Positions 48,050 to 58,971 are shown, counted from the stretch's first letter. The stretch is 64,000 bases of DNA from Candidatus Poribacteria bacterium (GCA_963663765.2 CAXXUA010000006.1:192001-256000); one strand, 5' to 3'. The notes: generated from the sequence alone by a model not told the origin. Translations and numbers: made by a program.

Positions 48050-49450
48050 CTATTGTAATCGTTGTAAATAAATGTCGTGATCTTTACCACGTGCATCACT
48101 CCAAACGACGATGGCACTGCCATTTCCTGTTGCGATTGCCATAGGTGAAATCTGTTGCTTTTCTGCATCACAAACCGGTATCCCATTTTCTTTCCAAAGT
48201 GACTTCCCGTTCATATCAATCCATTGTGCATAAATTGCATCTTCAGTTGAATCCCCAAAATCTTGTCTATAATCTAACCAGTAGATAATAGCACCTTCAG
48301 CCCCATCAGAAACAAGTTTAGGATTCTGTTGTACACCACCAGCAGTACATACATGTACACCTGTTTTGTTCCATAATAACTTACCATCTGCATTGACGCG
48401 TTGAGCATAGATGTCAGCAAAGATATCCCTATCATCCCACCACACCACGATGAACCCTCCATTGCCATCACTGATACACTCTTGTTGTTGTTGATTTGCT
48501 TTGACATCACAGATAGAAATTCCGTCTTTTTGCCATAATGCTTTTCCATTTGCATCTATATGTTGTGCATAGAGTTGTGCAGTCGTGAGGAAATTTGGGT
48601 CATTTCTATAGTCGGGCCATACACAAAAAACACCACCATTACCATCCGCGACGATTTTAGGACCGCCTTGGTTTCCTTGTGCTGAGCAGATAGGAATGGG
48701 AGATTCCCATACAGCATTTCCCATGCTATCAATACGTTGTGCTAATATATCCCAATCGGGTGTGCTGATATCCCACCATACGAATATTGCACCCCCATCA
48801 CCGTCACTAACTAATGTGGGATCATATTGGTCTGCTTTTCCCTCAAATACTGATACTCCATTCTGATTCCAAATTGGTTTACCATCAGCAGATATTTTCT
48901 GGGTGTAGATATCTTGGTTACCAGAACGCCAATCCTCCCAAACAATTATCGCCCCACCGTTTCCATCTGCGATTGCAGAGAAATCGTCTTGAAGAGTAGG
49001 TTCAGTACAAATAGAAACACCATTTTCTTGCCATAATTTCTTACCGTTTGCATCAATCCGTTGGGCAAAACTGTCCTGGGAACCGTTGCGTGTATCACCC
49101 CACACCACTATAGCACCGCCAGTTGAGTCTGATACGATGACTGGTGCACTTTGTGAACTGTTGTGTTCACAGACAGCGATACCATTAGCATCCCAGAGTA
49201 TGTCTCCAGTGTCAGTTACCCTTTGTGCAAATATATCGTAGTTTTCATTTTGCGCATCTCTCCACGCAACAATTACCCCGTTTTCGCCATCAGATGTCAG
49301 CACTGGAAAGAGTTGTGCGTTCTTTGCAGCGCATATAAGTAGGTTGTCTGATACCTGCCATTCTGAATTAGCAATTAACAGGAATAAATTTAAGCATAAA
49401 ATTATAAGAAGGGAATTTAGTAGGAAGTACTTAGTCAAAGTAATATCCAA
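48050..49450 (-). CDS. Secreted repeat protein, probable beta-propeller
   Basis: About 7 repeats of SDGxGGAIIVWxDxR...DIYAQRIDANG..LW..NG; N-terminal hydrophobic segment. Confidence 0.8.
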   Translation of the reverse strand: MDITLTKYFLLNSLLIILCLNLFLLIANSEWQVSDNLLICAAKNAQLFPVLTSDGENGVIVAWRDAQNENYDIFAQRVTDTGDILWDANGIAVCEHNSSQSAPVIVSDSTGGAIVVWGDTRNGSQDSFAQRIDANGKKLWQENGVSICTEPTLQDDFSAIADGNGGAIIVWEDWRSGNQDIYTQKISADGKPIWNQNGVSVFEGKADQYDPTLVSDGDGGAIFVWWDISTPDWDILAQRIDSMGNAVWESPIPICSAQGNQGGPKIVADGNGGVFCVWPDYRNDPNFLTTAQLYAQHIDANGKALWQKDGISICDVKANQQQQECISDGNGGFIVVWWDDRDIFADIYAQRVNADGKLLWNKTGVHVCTAGGVQQNPKLVSDGAEGAIIYWLDYRQDFGDSTEDAIYAQWIDMNGKSLWKENGIPVCDAEKQQISPMAIATGNGSAIVVWSDARGKDHDIYLQRLQ

Positions 49451-49561
49451 TTAACGGGATACGTATTAGTAGGGTGCGGTTTCCTAACCGCACCGGATCC
49501 GAGAACATCAGAACAGTTAGGAAACCGAACCTAACGTTAAAAAAGATAAACCCCTTAATTG
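49448..49561. mobile_element. Small MITE (TIR CAATTAA(C/G)GGG) with REP-like GTAGGGTGCGG hairpin
   Basis: CAATTAACGGG...CCCCTTAATTG; internal GGTGCGGTTTCCTAACCGCACC and TTAGGAAACCG. Confidence 0.65.
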
Positions 49562-49645
49562 AAAAAAGTTGTTGTATATCTTTTTAACGGATGATATGAG
49601 AGTGTGGAAAATCAAATTTCCTGAACATAATCAAAATACTCTTTT

Positions 49646-51223
49646 TTACATCAATAATTCTTCACCGATTGGGAAAAACTGGTCTGCCATTGACTGCAAG
49701 TCCATTGATGTATTATGCTCAAACGCAACTACCTCAATTCGTTTATGCTGCTGTTTGATGAGTTCTGCTAATGGACAAAAATCTCCGTCACCACTAGCTA
49801 AGATTATAACGTCCAAAGAACTCAGCATGGAAACCACATCAACTGCAATCCCTACATCCCAATCCCCTTTAGCAGAACCATCTCCGCGTAAACGCAAGTC
49901 TTTACTACGAATTGTATATCCGTTATGTTCTAAAAGTGAGAAAAAGTTTGATTGGTCAATCTCTGGTATTTGCACAATGTAAGCATAAGCAGATATAAGT
50001 TGGCGGGGACCTACGATTAGGTCAAGAAGTTTAATATAATCTACACGTCTTTCAAATCTGTCTTTTGCTGCGTAGAACATATTTTGTACATCAACGAAAA
50101 CACCTACACGGGGTTGTGTAGTTTCTTTTACATTGTCTTCTTTCGTCTCTTCCTGTTGTAAACTCAATTGATTTACCGTTTGACGAATATTGTTTAGCGC
50201 ATTTCGGGATACAACATGCGATCTTTCAAAATTGTCAAATTGATGCTGAAGATTAGACTTAAACTCTTCATAAGTTTGGGATTGTCTAAAGAGCGCTTCT
50301 TCAACCAGTTTTAGTTCAACAGTAAAAACTTCTTTAGATGTTCTGAGCTGAGATAGTTCATTTAGCTGTAAGGAAATTTGATCATACTTCGTGATTAACT
50401 GTTGGTGTTCAACATCTAATTTCATAAGTGAAGCATTTGTTTCGTTATATTGTGCTTCTTTTTCATGCAAACTTTCATTTTCCTGTTGAAGAAACACTAA
50501 CTTTTTTTCTATATCTTTAAATGCAGTTACCTTTATTTTGTTCTGCTTGTTTTCATCAGTTAGAAACTGACAATGTTGTTCCAACATTCTATTCTTTTTT
50601 TCTATTGCAGCGAATTTATCTTTTAACTCATTATAGTCACTGTCTAACAATTCCAAATTGCTTTTCAAATCATCAATTCTTATTTCTGATTCCTGATTCT
50701 CAACAGGACAATCTTTTTGGATGACTTGTATCTCGGTAGAAGGAACTATTGGTTTGGTTGGATTTTCAACAAAACGAAATTGTCCGTTACATACATTTTG
50801 TACATTGTATGTATCATAGGCAGTATTTAACAAATGGCATCCATGGGCGTGGACTTCTTCACGATTATCTATTATTAAAGCCCAAACAACTTCAGGAAAT
50901 TCTCCTGATTCAATCAAGGGACCGGGTGATTTAAAATAAGTATGTATTTCATCTTCCAACATATATCCCACTCTTGAAATTGCTTTCGAAACTTTCTGTG
51001 ATAAATGTTCAAAGACAATTTCATCAATGTCGGATTGTCTAAAAAAAGCATTTGTTAATCTATTTAATAGCTCATGTTTTGAGGAAGAATATAACTTGTC
51101 AGGATCACTGACAAGTTTTGTATTCATTAGAATACTGAAAAGTTCCCTCTCATTTAATAACATTTCAAGAAACCATTTTAGTTGTTCTCGATGTAATTTT
51201 AATTTTAGGTTTAGTTTAGACAT
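49646..51223 (-). CDS. NYN (LabA/DUF88) domain protein with a long coiled coil
   Basis: C-terminal VFVDVQNM, KGDWDVGIAVD, LASGDGDF; central heptad-rich region. Confidence 0.88.
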   Translation of the reverse strand: MSKLNLKLKLHREQLKWFLEMLLNERELFSILMNTKLVSDPDKLYSSSKHELLNRLTNAFFRQSDIDEIVFEHLSQKVSKAISRVGYMLEDEIHTYFKSPGPLIESGEFPEVVWALIIDNREEVHAHGCHLLNTAYDTYNVQNVCNGQFRFVENPTKPIVPSTEIQVIQKDCPVENQESEIRIDDLKSNLELLDSDYNELKDKFAAIEKKNRMLEQHCQFLTDENKQNKIKVTAFKDIEKKLVFLQQENESLHEKEAQYNETNASLMKLDVEHQQLITKYDQISLQLNELSQLRTSKEVFTVELKLVEEALFRQSQTYEEFKSNLQHQFDNFERSHVVSRNALNNIRQTVNQLSLQQEETKEDNVKETTQPRVGVFVDVQNMFYAAKDRFERRVDYIKLLDLIVGPRQLISAYAYIVQIPEIDQSNFFSLLEHNGYTIRSKDLRLRGDGSAKGDWDVGIAVDVVSMLSSLDVIILASGDGDFCPLAELIKQQHKRIEVVAFEHNTSMDLQSMADQFFPIGEELLM

Positions 51224-51921
51224 GAAAGTCCTCCGTTTCCTCTAAGTTCATATAGCATTACGCGTTAAATTCAAAAAACAAATGAAATATATCAATTGAG
51301 AAAAACTATATGACGGTAGGGAGTATTAGTTTCTTTCCTCCTATCTAAAGGATAAGCAGTTTTTGTTAAAATAACCCAAGTTACCACCCATGTAGCATTA
51401 CCTGTTAGATTGTGCATCTTAAATCACAAACTGACAGTTTGTAATGCAAAAACATCTTAAAAGTGTATAAAAACCTATTAGAAACGGTGTATGTATGTAT
51501 AAACCTAATGGTAGCAACTTCAATTATATTAATGTTTTTAGTCACAATTATTTGTTTTTTCTACGATAAACATAATTCTAACAGGTGGATTTTCAGGAAA
51601 ATACTGGTATTTGTGATGGCGCAAATTGTGATTAATTGTCATATATGTTCTACAGTACTATCATTTAATGTTCTTACAACAAAATATGCACCGTTTTATG
51701 TAAATGATCCTTATTTTTTTAATTGATTAGTATCTACTTCACTAGTTAATACACTATTTGATAAGTCATTATACAAAAAATGCACTACATAGTCAAGCAT
51801 TAAATGTAATAATTCAACCATTCTGATTCCTTATTGACAGTAAAGATAACTTTCGTATTCGCCAAATAAATCATGGTTCAATTAAATAAGAATGTTGAAT
51901 TCCTTACGAAAAATGGATATT

Positions 51922-52497
51922 TTATTTATTTACTATCCAATGTGATACGGTATAGAGGTTTGTAAAAATCCAATCAGGCTTTGACGTCTTGTTTGTTAGA
52001 TGAGGAATCATATAATGTTGATAAGAATTATAACCGTGTCCTGTTAATACGAGAATAGGAGATACACCAGCAGATTGAGCAGCTTGAATATCTGAAATGG
52101 AATCACCAATGAAAAATGTTTCAGATAGATTAAAGTTATATTCATGGGAAGCACGCATCAACATACCAGGTTTTGGTTTCCTACAATTACAATTGTCATT
52201 AGGATGGTGTGGACAATAATATATTTTTTTAATTTTACCGCCAAATTTTTCAATTTCAACAAGCATTTGACGATGAACATCAGCAAGTTGCTGCTCAGAA
52301 AAAATACCGCGTCCAATTCCTGCTTGATTGGTCACAATATAGATTTCATAACCGTGATCAGTGAGTTTCTTAATTGCTTTTTGACTATTAGGAAGGAATG
52401 CGAAGTCTTTCCAGTTACAAACATAGCCATTATCGGGAGGATTCTTATTGATGACACCGTCTCTATCCAGAAGAACGGTTTTCATTGTTTTCTCCAA
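51922..52497 (-). CDS. gmhB: D-glycero-D-manno-heptose-1,7-bisphosphate phosphatase
   Basis: LDRDGVIN, VTNQAGI, CPHHP...CNCRKPKPGM, IGD. Confidence 0.93.
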   Translation of the reverse strand: MEKTMKTVLLDRDGVINKNPPDNGYVCNWKDFAFLPNSQKAIKKLTDHGYEIYIVTNQAGIGRGIFSEQQLADVHRQMLVEIEKFGGKIKKIYYCPHHPNDNCNCRKPKPGMLMRASHEYNFNLSETFFIGDSISDIQAAQSAGVSPILVLTGHGYNSYQHYMIPHLTNKTSKPDWIFTNLYTVSHWIVNK

Positions 52498-52550
52498 TTA
52501 GACGAACATGATTTATACAATACACAATCATTGACACTACCTAATAACTA

Positions 52551-53600
52551 TTACTGCATTGTGTGAATTTCCTTATGGAGTTCATCTGGCGTGACAACTG
52601 CACACCCCATCTTCCTGACAACAATTCCTCCAGCAATGTTTGACAGTTGTACAGCACTATAGTTATCAGCATTTGATGCAAGAGCAAGTGCATAAATAGC
52701 ACAAACTGTGTCACCGGCACCCGTTACATCAATGACTTTGTGTGTATGAGGTAGAAAGTGTTTAACTTTTAAAATGCCAGCACTGTCTCGTTGAAATAGA
52801 GACATGCCCTCTTCTTCACGCGTAATCAATAGTGAATGTAATGATAACCGATCTAATATTCTTTCTCCCACAGAAATTAGGTGAGAAATATCAGTTATTT
52901 CTTCCAATACGGCAGCACCAGCTTCTTTGTGGTTAGGTGTAAGTGCTGTGACACCTTCATAGTCCCAAAAATTATTTCTTTTGGGATCTACTATTATGGG
53001 TATATCTTGATGCTTTGCTTGCCCGACGACTGCTTTAATTAACTCGGAATTAATCGCTCCCTTATCATAATCTGCGAATATGACAGCATCACTATTTGCT
53101 ATGTGAGATAATGTGCCTCTTAACAACCGTTCACGTATTAACCCACCAATTTCTTGCTTAGATTCATTATCAATTCGGAGAAGATGATAACCTTGTTCTA
53201 AAATCAGGTTTTCAGAATTCTCCTGATTTTGGGTAGTTGAGTTGTGGATTTTAGGACGGACAATTACACGAGATTTCTTACTCGTAGGTCGTTGAATATC
53301 TAAACAGATGTCAGTAGACCCGATACCCAATGTATTCAACATCCGGATGAGTTTTTCACCGTCTCTATCTTTACCGATGACTCCAATTAATTCTACCTGT
53401 CCTCCTAAACTGACAACATTTTGTGCAACGTTTGCAGCTCCTCCACAACCAATATGTTCACCGACACTCTCAAAAACAGGTACTGGCGCCTCTGGTGATA
53501 TACGGTTGACATCACCCCAGACATATTCATCTAAAATAATATCTCCGATGATAGTAACCTTTTTATTTTGAAATTGTGCTAATATTTTTGTTAAGTTCAC
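52551..53600 (-). CDS. rfaE1: D-glycero-D-manno-heptose-7-phosphate kinase (stand-alone RfaE domain I)
   Basis: IGDIILDEY, RISPEAPVPV, GGAANVA, DYDKG, TPN, DVTGAGDTV. Confidence 0.92.
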   Translation of the reverse strand: MNLTKILAQFQNKKVTIIGDIILDEYVWGDVNRISPEAPVPVFESVGEHIGCGGAANVAQNVVSLGGQVELIGVIGKDRDGEKLIRMLNTLGIGSTDICLDIQRPTSKKSRVIVRPKIHNSTTQNQENSENLILEQGYHLLRIDNESKQEIGGLIRERLLRGTLSHIANSDAVIFADYDKGAINSELIKAVVGQAKHQDIPIIVDPKRNNFWDYEGVTALTPNHKEAGAAVLEEITDISHLISVGERILDRLSLHSLLITREEEGMSLFQRDSAGILKVKHFLPHTHKVIDVTGAGDTVCAIYALALASNADNYSAVQLSNIAGGIVVRKMGCAVVTPDELHKEIHTMQ

Positions 53601-53959
53601 ATCATTATATTATCATAACTAAGCAAGTTTTTGCAACAAACATTGCAGGAAAGGGTCTGTAAATATTTTGCACAACAAATCATTCTCCATAGTAGCGCGA
53701 AATCAAAGGTATGAATGCGATATTGCCATACCTCGGATTTCTCGGATTAGACTCTTATATCTTATTGTATGCCTTAGATAACGCTTTTGCTTAGCAATAC
53801 AACCTAATGTTGGTGTATTATCCGTGTCATCCGGGGAATGCAAAAGGCATTCATACCCGGGGAATGCCATACGCGGATTCATATCGTTGATTTCTTGATT
53901 TGGTGTAATCTGTGATTCAGTCTAAAAATAACTTTACACAATATACATTTTAAAAAAAG

Positions 53960-53988
53960 TTGACAACATCTTTGAAAAGGTGTATACT
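53960..53988 (+). promoter_or_regulatory. Sigma70 promoter of the tRNA pair
   Basis: TTGACA-17 bp-TATACT ending 16 bp before tRNA-Leu. Confidence 0.85.
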
Positions 53989-54004
53989 ATAGTATTGTAT
54001 TTTT

Positions 54005-54091
54005 GGTCGAGTGGTGGAATCGGTAGACACAATGGACTTAAAATCCATCGCCCATACAACAGGCGTGAGGGTTCAAGTCCCTCCTCGACCA
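54005..54091 (+). tRNA. tRNA-Leu(TAA)
   Basis: GGTCGAG/CTCGACC acceptor stem, ATGGA-CTTAAAA-TCCAT anticodon arm, long variable arm, GTTCAAG T-loop; no encoded CCA. Confidence 0.95.
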
Positions 54092-54118
54092 CTTCTCATA
54101 CCAAAGAGTATATCTTAT

Positions 54119-54192
<74 letters not shown>

Positions 54193-54241
54193 TCTCACTC
54201 TTATTTCTCTACTATTCCTACTAAAAGCAATTAACTTATTT

Positions 54242-55306
54242 TTACGATAAGACACTTACATCATCGGATGTATGTACCGGATATGGACTGATGTCATAGT
54301 TTCCTTCCAATGAAATGTCTTCTACCATAACTACCCTTTCTGATAAAGCAGATTTATACATTGCGAAAATAGTTTGGACAATATGCAGGTTGCTACGTCC
54401 ATCAGTAAGCGGCTTTTTCTCGGTTTGCAAGCAATCAAGAAAGTGTACCATTGCATTACCAAAGGCATCGGGAAACCATGTGCCATGTATTTCAGGTCTA
54501 ATCTCCTGAATTTCTGGTTCTGTGAGATAGACAGTCATGTCTGCACTGTTTCCAATGATAGCTCCCTTCGTTCCCTGTATTCGGATTTCTTCATGTGGAT
54601 GTTGAAAATTATGTCCAGTATTCGCAAGAAATGACCAATTGCATGAAAGCAAACCTTTTACACCATTACGACATTTGAAGAGTACTACAGACATTGTTTC
54701 CCCTTCTTCAACGGAACGATCATGTCCATGTGCTTGACAATAAACGCTTTCTATTTCTCCAAACCATTTATTGATAAGGCTGATGTGATGCACTTGCATC
54801 ACTGCTATGAGATGTTTAGCGGGATACCCTGTATAGAATCCATTGCAAGTTATGGATACATGGTAGATATCACCAAGGTGTTCAACATTGATGTAAGGTC
54901 CAATGGTGAGAAACCCAGGTACGAAACAAGCGTTCTGATTGATCATCAGCTGCACGTTGTGCTTTTCACACGTATCTACCATTTCAACTGCTTGCTGCAT
55001 CGTCATTGAAAAGGGTTTTTGACAGAAGATGTGTTTACCTGCTTGTGCTGCGGCGTGTACTATGGGGGATCGTATCCATGGATGCACTGCTAAATCAATC
55101 ACATCAATTTGCGTGTCAGTAATCAAATCAACAATGCGCGTATATCTTCTGTTGATTCCAAATCTATCGCCAACTTCGTGTAGTCGTGTTTCATCTTTAT
55201 CGCAAATTGCTGCAACATGCAAATCCTTGCGTTGATAACCGTGTAGGTGTTGTTGTCCTATACCTAAACCTATTAGTCCGATGCCGAAATCTTGATTATT
55301 TAACAT
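54242..55306 (-). CDS. Gfo/Idh/MocA family oxidoreductase
   Basis: IGLIGLGIG, GKHIFCQKP. Confidence 0.9.
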   Translation of the reverse strand: MLNNQDFGIGLIGLGIGQQHLHGYQRKDLHVAAICDKDETRLHEVGDRFGINRRYTRIVDLITDTQIDVIDLAVHPWIRSPIVHAAAQAGKHIFCQKPFSMTMQQAVEMVDTCEKHNVQLMINQNACFVPGFLTIGPYINVEHLGDIYHVSITCNGFYTGYPAKHLIAVMQVHHISLINKWFGEIESVYCQAHGHDRSVEEGETMSVVLFKCRNGVKGLLSCNWSFLANTGHNFQHPHEEIRIQGTKGAIIGNSADMTVYLTEPEIQEIRPEIHGTWFPDAFGNAMVHFLDCLQTEKKPLTDGRSNLHIVQTIFAMYKSALSERVVMVEDISLEGNYDISPYPVHTSDDVSVLS

Positions 55307-55356
55307 GTGAAGTGTGATTCTTCTGTTTGGTTGAGAAATACGCTTGATAAGTAAAT

Positions 55357-56619
55357 CTAAATACCTATCCCTTCGTCTATTTCTCGTTGGTAAGTATTGA
55401 TAGATTCATCTAACATTTTTTCTATATGGATAATATCGCCAGATGCACCAGATTCTAACATCGCATAAGAAACGGCTACAGAACGCGTGCCATTATACGA
55501 ATCTACTTCAATAGCACAGTTTCCTACAATTGCTTCTGCAAAATCACCATACTCAATAGCGATGATTTTTGCATCCGTATCAGCAAACGGCAAATCATAC
55601 TGCCACAGTCGGTCACCACCAAACAGGTCAGTAGTTACAGCATCAAGACTGAAATCCGGTACAAGTTCCAATACCTTCTCATCGTTAATAGTACCTATTC
55701 CATCAATCTGTAATGATATATTTCTTCCGCTTCGGTCACCGGGTAACGTCATAGACCCTTGTGAACCGTGTATTTGACGCAGCCAACTACCTTGTCCCCA
55801 TGCACCATGGTCTTCTATGTATTGTCCAACGACTCCATTCTTGAATGTCAATGTTGCATAAGCTGCATCTTCAGCGGACGCTTCAAATTCAGCAGGCATC
55901 TTCCGTTGCCATTCAGTATAAACCCCAGCAGGATTTGAGCCGGATTCGCCAGTTGTCGCAGCCGGATTGTGACGGATAGGTTCATGTAAACGTGTTTGTG
56001 CATACACAGTAGCAATCTCACCCAATAGATATTCCATCATGTCTGCATAATGCACACCGACATCAAGCAGTACCCCGCTTTGATCCTTCTGATGTCGCCA
56101 AACAGAGATAAGCATGCGATTTGATCCGCCAATTGCATGATGAACAAGAAAGCGCGGTTCTCCAATAACTTCAGCAGTGAGCAGTGCTTTTGCAAGACGA
56201 TTGATAGGATCACGACGATAGTTTTCTGCTACGCTTAGCACTGCATCTGAGGATTCTACAGCACGACGTATTAAGTTACACGCGCGAACGGTTAACCCCA
56301 TCGGTTTTTCCACCATTGTGTGCCATCCACGCTCAAGTGTCTCCACTGCAACTGTGTGATGATACGGGGGTGTAGTCGTTACGTCTACAGCGTCTACGCC
56401 AACAGCAGCAAGCTGTTCAAGGTTTTCAACAACAGTTAGTTTTTTTCCGAAACGTTCTTCAGCTTTTTTTGCAAGTGATTCTGCATTTTCAATCACAGGA
56501 TCACACGCACCCACAAGGTCAAACCGTTCCCAGCCTACACGATGCAGTTCTGCTAATCCATACATGTGCCTATGTCCCATCCCACCACAACCAACAATTG
56601 CAAGACGAATTTTATCCAT
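55357..56619 (-). CDS. Gfo/Idh/MocA family oxidoreductase
   Basis: AIVGCGGMG, MVEKPM, LLDVGVHYAD. Confidence 0.92.
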   Translation of the reverse strand: MDKIRLAIVGCGGMGHRHMYGLAELHRVGWERFDLVGACDPVIENAESLAKKAEERFGKKLTVVENLEQLAAVGVDAVDVTTTPPYHHTVAVETLERGWHTMVEKPMGLTVRACNLIRRAVESSDAVLSVAENYRRDPINRLAKALLTAEVIGEPRFLVHHAIGGSNRMLISVWRHQKDQSGVLLDVGVHYADMMEYLLGEIATVYAQTRLHEPIRHNPAATTGESGSNPAGVYTEWQRKMPAEFEASAEDAAYATLTFKNGVVGQYIEDHGAWGQGSWLRQIHGSQGSMTLPGDRSGRNISLQIDGIGTINDEKVLELVPDFSLDAVTTDLFGGDRLWQYDLPFADTDAKIIAIEYGDFAEAIVGNCAIEVDSYNGTRSVAVSYAMLESGASGDIIHIEKMLDESINTYQREIDEGIGI

Positions 56620-56627
56620 ATCACTTC

Positions 56628-58217
56628 CTAACGGTTTAGAATTATGTCTAATCTTTTCAAATCGGTTTCAAACAACCTTGTATCTTTACGGTATATATCG
56701 CGTCGGTTTAACACTTTCGCAGCATAGATTTTACCCCTACTGATAAGCGGTCCGCCTACCCTAACTCTACCCGGTCCAACATTATATGCACCAAGCGCTA
56801 ATGTAAGGTTATTTTCATATTTTCTCAGAAGTCTTTTGAAGTAGATCAGTCCTGCTTCAAGGTTCTTCATAGCATCAAATCGCTCATCAACACTTCCATT
56901 CAGACTCGGTTTGAGTCTGTTTTTGTAATAAGGAACATTCAACCCGATTTCCCTTGCAGTTCCAGGTACCAGCTGCATCAACCCACCAGCACCTGTTTTT
57001 GATACTGCAACAGGATTGAAGTTGGATTCAACATATATAATTGCAAGCAAGAGTTCTATTGATATTTTGTGCTTTTTGGCTATTTGTAGACTATTTTTTC
57101 TTGTTGAATCTTGTGAAGAATTATCAAGGGTTTTGGGATTTTTGCCAGAGGAAGAATCACTAATGCTTGAATCGTTATCTTTCGGTTCAATAAATATCTG
57201 GTCATTGGCACTTGTAGATGTTTTTTCATTATTTACACTATTACCGTAGGCAAATATATTCTGTGAACCACCAAATGTGATACCTAGGGCAAACATGTGC
57301 TTATACTTTAGATTCTCATCATGCAAGAAAGTATAATATGTTTGCTTTCCCCACTTATTGAATGATAAACCTAAACTCCAAGATTGATGAGACGACTCTG
57401 TATCGAAGGAGAAGAGTGACCCAATATTTGCTGCAAAGGGTCCAGTAACAAGTTCAAGACTCGTACCAAAACTTGCAGGATAGACATTATAGCAGGAATG
57501 CCACCTAATCACAGGATGGGGGGTTAATGTTGTTCCAAGAGCAATTTGCTGATCAAATGTTTGTAATACTGTACCATTCTGATGCGGTATAGATACACCA
57601 CTAATATCCTTATACTGCATTCCCACAACAACATAAGGGGAAAGTACCAATGATGCACCAACGTCATAGTTTGGTGCCCAAAGACTGTTGCTTAATGGTG
57701 CGCGCGTATATCCAGTACTTGCACCAAACTGCAGCGGACCGAATTTTCTTGCAAAGGAGAGTAATGCCTGATTGTAACCATACTCAAATGTACCAATAGG
57801 ATTAGAAATATGGTCTACAAGGAAACGGTCAGATGTGTTCAGATCAAGGAAGTTGATACCAAAAGTACCAATCCGTTTGATGGGGTAAGCAAAAGAAAAG
57901 GCACCTTGAGAGAAATCATAGATAAGGTTACCATGATGCAGAGACGCAAGTCCAGCAGGATTCCATAAGGGACTTGTCGCATCATCATTAGTGCTGATAA
58001 AAGCGTGGCTTAAACCCAAACCACGTGTACCAACAACGGGTCTCAGGCCATTATTACCACTTTTGGACTGACTATTGCGTGTTTCAGCAAACAAATCCTT
58101 ATTAAAAAGGGGAACCGTGAAAAAGAGAAGAAAGAAGACTAATAAAAACCAACTTCGTTCACGGTATATCAAGGTGTCGAGCTGGGTTTTCACTTTTGTC
58201 TTTGTACCTGATTTCAA
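56628..58217 (-). CDS. Putative PorV/FadL-like beta-barrel fused to a C-terminal lytic transglycosylase (SLT)
   Basis: GTRGLGLSHAF..DDATSPLWNPAGLA; AIIYVESNFNP.AVS..GAGGLMQL, ALGAYNVGPG. Confidence 0.75.
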   Translation of the reverse strand: MKSGTKTKVKTQLDTLIYRERSWFLLVFFLLFFTVPLFNKDLFAETRNSQSKSGNNGLRPVVGTRGLGLSHAFISTNDDATSPLWNPAGLASLHHGNLIYDFSQGAFSFAYPIKRIGTFGINFLDLNTSDRFLVDHISNPIGTFEYGYNQALLSFARKFGPLQFGASTGYTRAPLSNSLWAPNYDVGASLVLSPYVVVGMQYKDISGVSIPHQNGTVLQTFDQQIALGTTLTPHPVIRWHSCYNVYPASFGTSLELVTGPFAANIGSLFSFDTESSHQSWSLGLSFNKWGKQTYYTFLHDENLKYKHMFALGITFGGSQNIFAYGNSVNNEKTSTSANDQIFIEPKDNDSSISDSSSGKNPKTLDNSSQDSTRKNSLQIAKKHKISIELLLAIIYVESNFNPVAVSKTGAGGLMQLVPGTAREIGLNVPYYKNRLKPSLNGSVDERFDAMKNLEAGLIYFKRLLRKYENNLTLALGAYNVGPGRVRVGGPLISRGKIYAAKVLNRRDIYRKDTRLFETDLKRLDIILNR

Positions 58218-58971
58218 AGTGGAGATGGGGACCTGTAGAAAGTCCAGAATTTCCTGTTAAGCCAATCGCCTGTCCCTGCTTGACAATATCACCTACGGAG
58301 ACACTTATTCTTGATAAATGCGCATACGCTGTCGAAAAATCATCTGTATGTTGTATCACAACTATTCTACCATAACCGCTCATCCATTTTGCTTTACTAA
58401 CCCTACCTGTCTTGGATGCATATACGCGTGTACCTGTAGCTGCACGGAAATCTATACCTTCATGCATCATGTATCTGCGTCTAATCGGATGGTGACGATA
58501 ACCATACTTTGATGTAACATACAACTTTATTTTCAAGGGATTCGCAAAACCTATTATTTCTTCATTTGGTATATAGATTTTCTGATCAATTCTAAGACGT
58601 CTTGGATTGGAAATATCATTAATTCGTTGAAGTTGTTTCCAATTTTGAAAATTGTATTTTTGAGAAATACTGTATAACGAATCTCCAGCTTTTACTACGT
58701 GCCAAACTCCATCAGAACTATTTTCACCATTTACCGGTTTAGTAGCAATTGGGATAAGTAACTTTTCACCGATTTGTAAACGATCATAAGATGTTATACT
58801 GTTAGTTTGAGCAATGGATTTCATAGGCACATCATATTTTCTGGCAATTCCCGATAGAGTCTCCCCTCTTTTGACTTTATGCAGCATTCCAATACACGAA
58901 GATGTCCACGATTCAGATAAAACTATTATGAACAAAACGATTAAAATAGCTTGTATTTTGTTTTTCTTCAT
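58159..58971 (-). CDS. LysM-LysM-M23 peptidase
   Basis: HKVKRGETL, HVVKAGDSL; HEGID, YAHL, TGPHLHFE. Confidence 0.93.
   Translation of the reverse strand: MKKNKIQAILIVLFIIVLSESWTSSCIGMLHKVKRGETLSGIARKYDVPMKSIAQTNSITSYDRLQIGEKLLIPIATKPVNGENSSDGVWHVVKAGDSLYSISQKYNFQNWKQLQRINDISNPRRLRIDQKIYIPNEEIIGFANPLKIKLYVTSKYGYRHHPIRRRYMMHEGIDFRAATGTRVYASKTGRVSKAKWMSGYGRIVVIQHTDDFSTAYAHLSRISVSVGDIVKQGQAIGLTGNSGLSTGPHLHFEIRYKDKSENPARHLDIP

Noticed and set aside
51463-51726. 87-aa hydrophobic ORF
   Set aside because: AT-rich, no clear RBS or motif; cannot be supported as a gene.
53690-53900. Possible riboswitch or ncRNA upstream of the tRNAs and rfaE1
   Set aside because: Matches the GGTATGAATGCC..GGCATTC repeat also found at 31963-32050; a dispersed repeat remnant.
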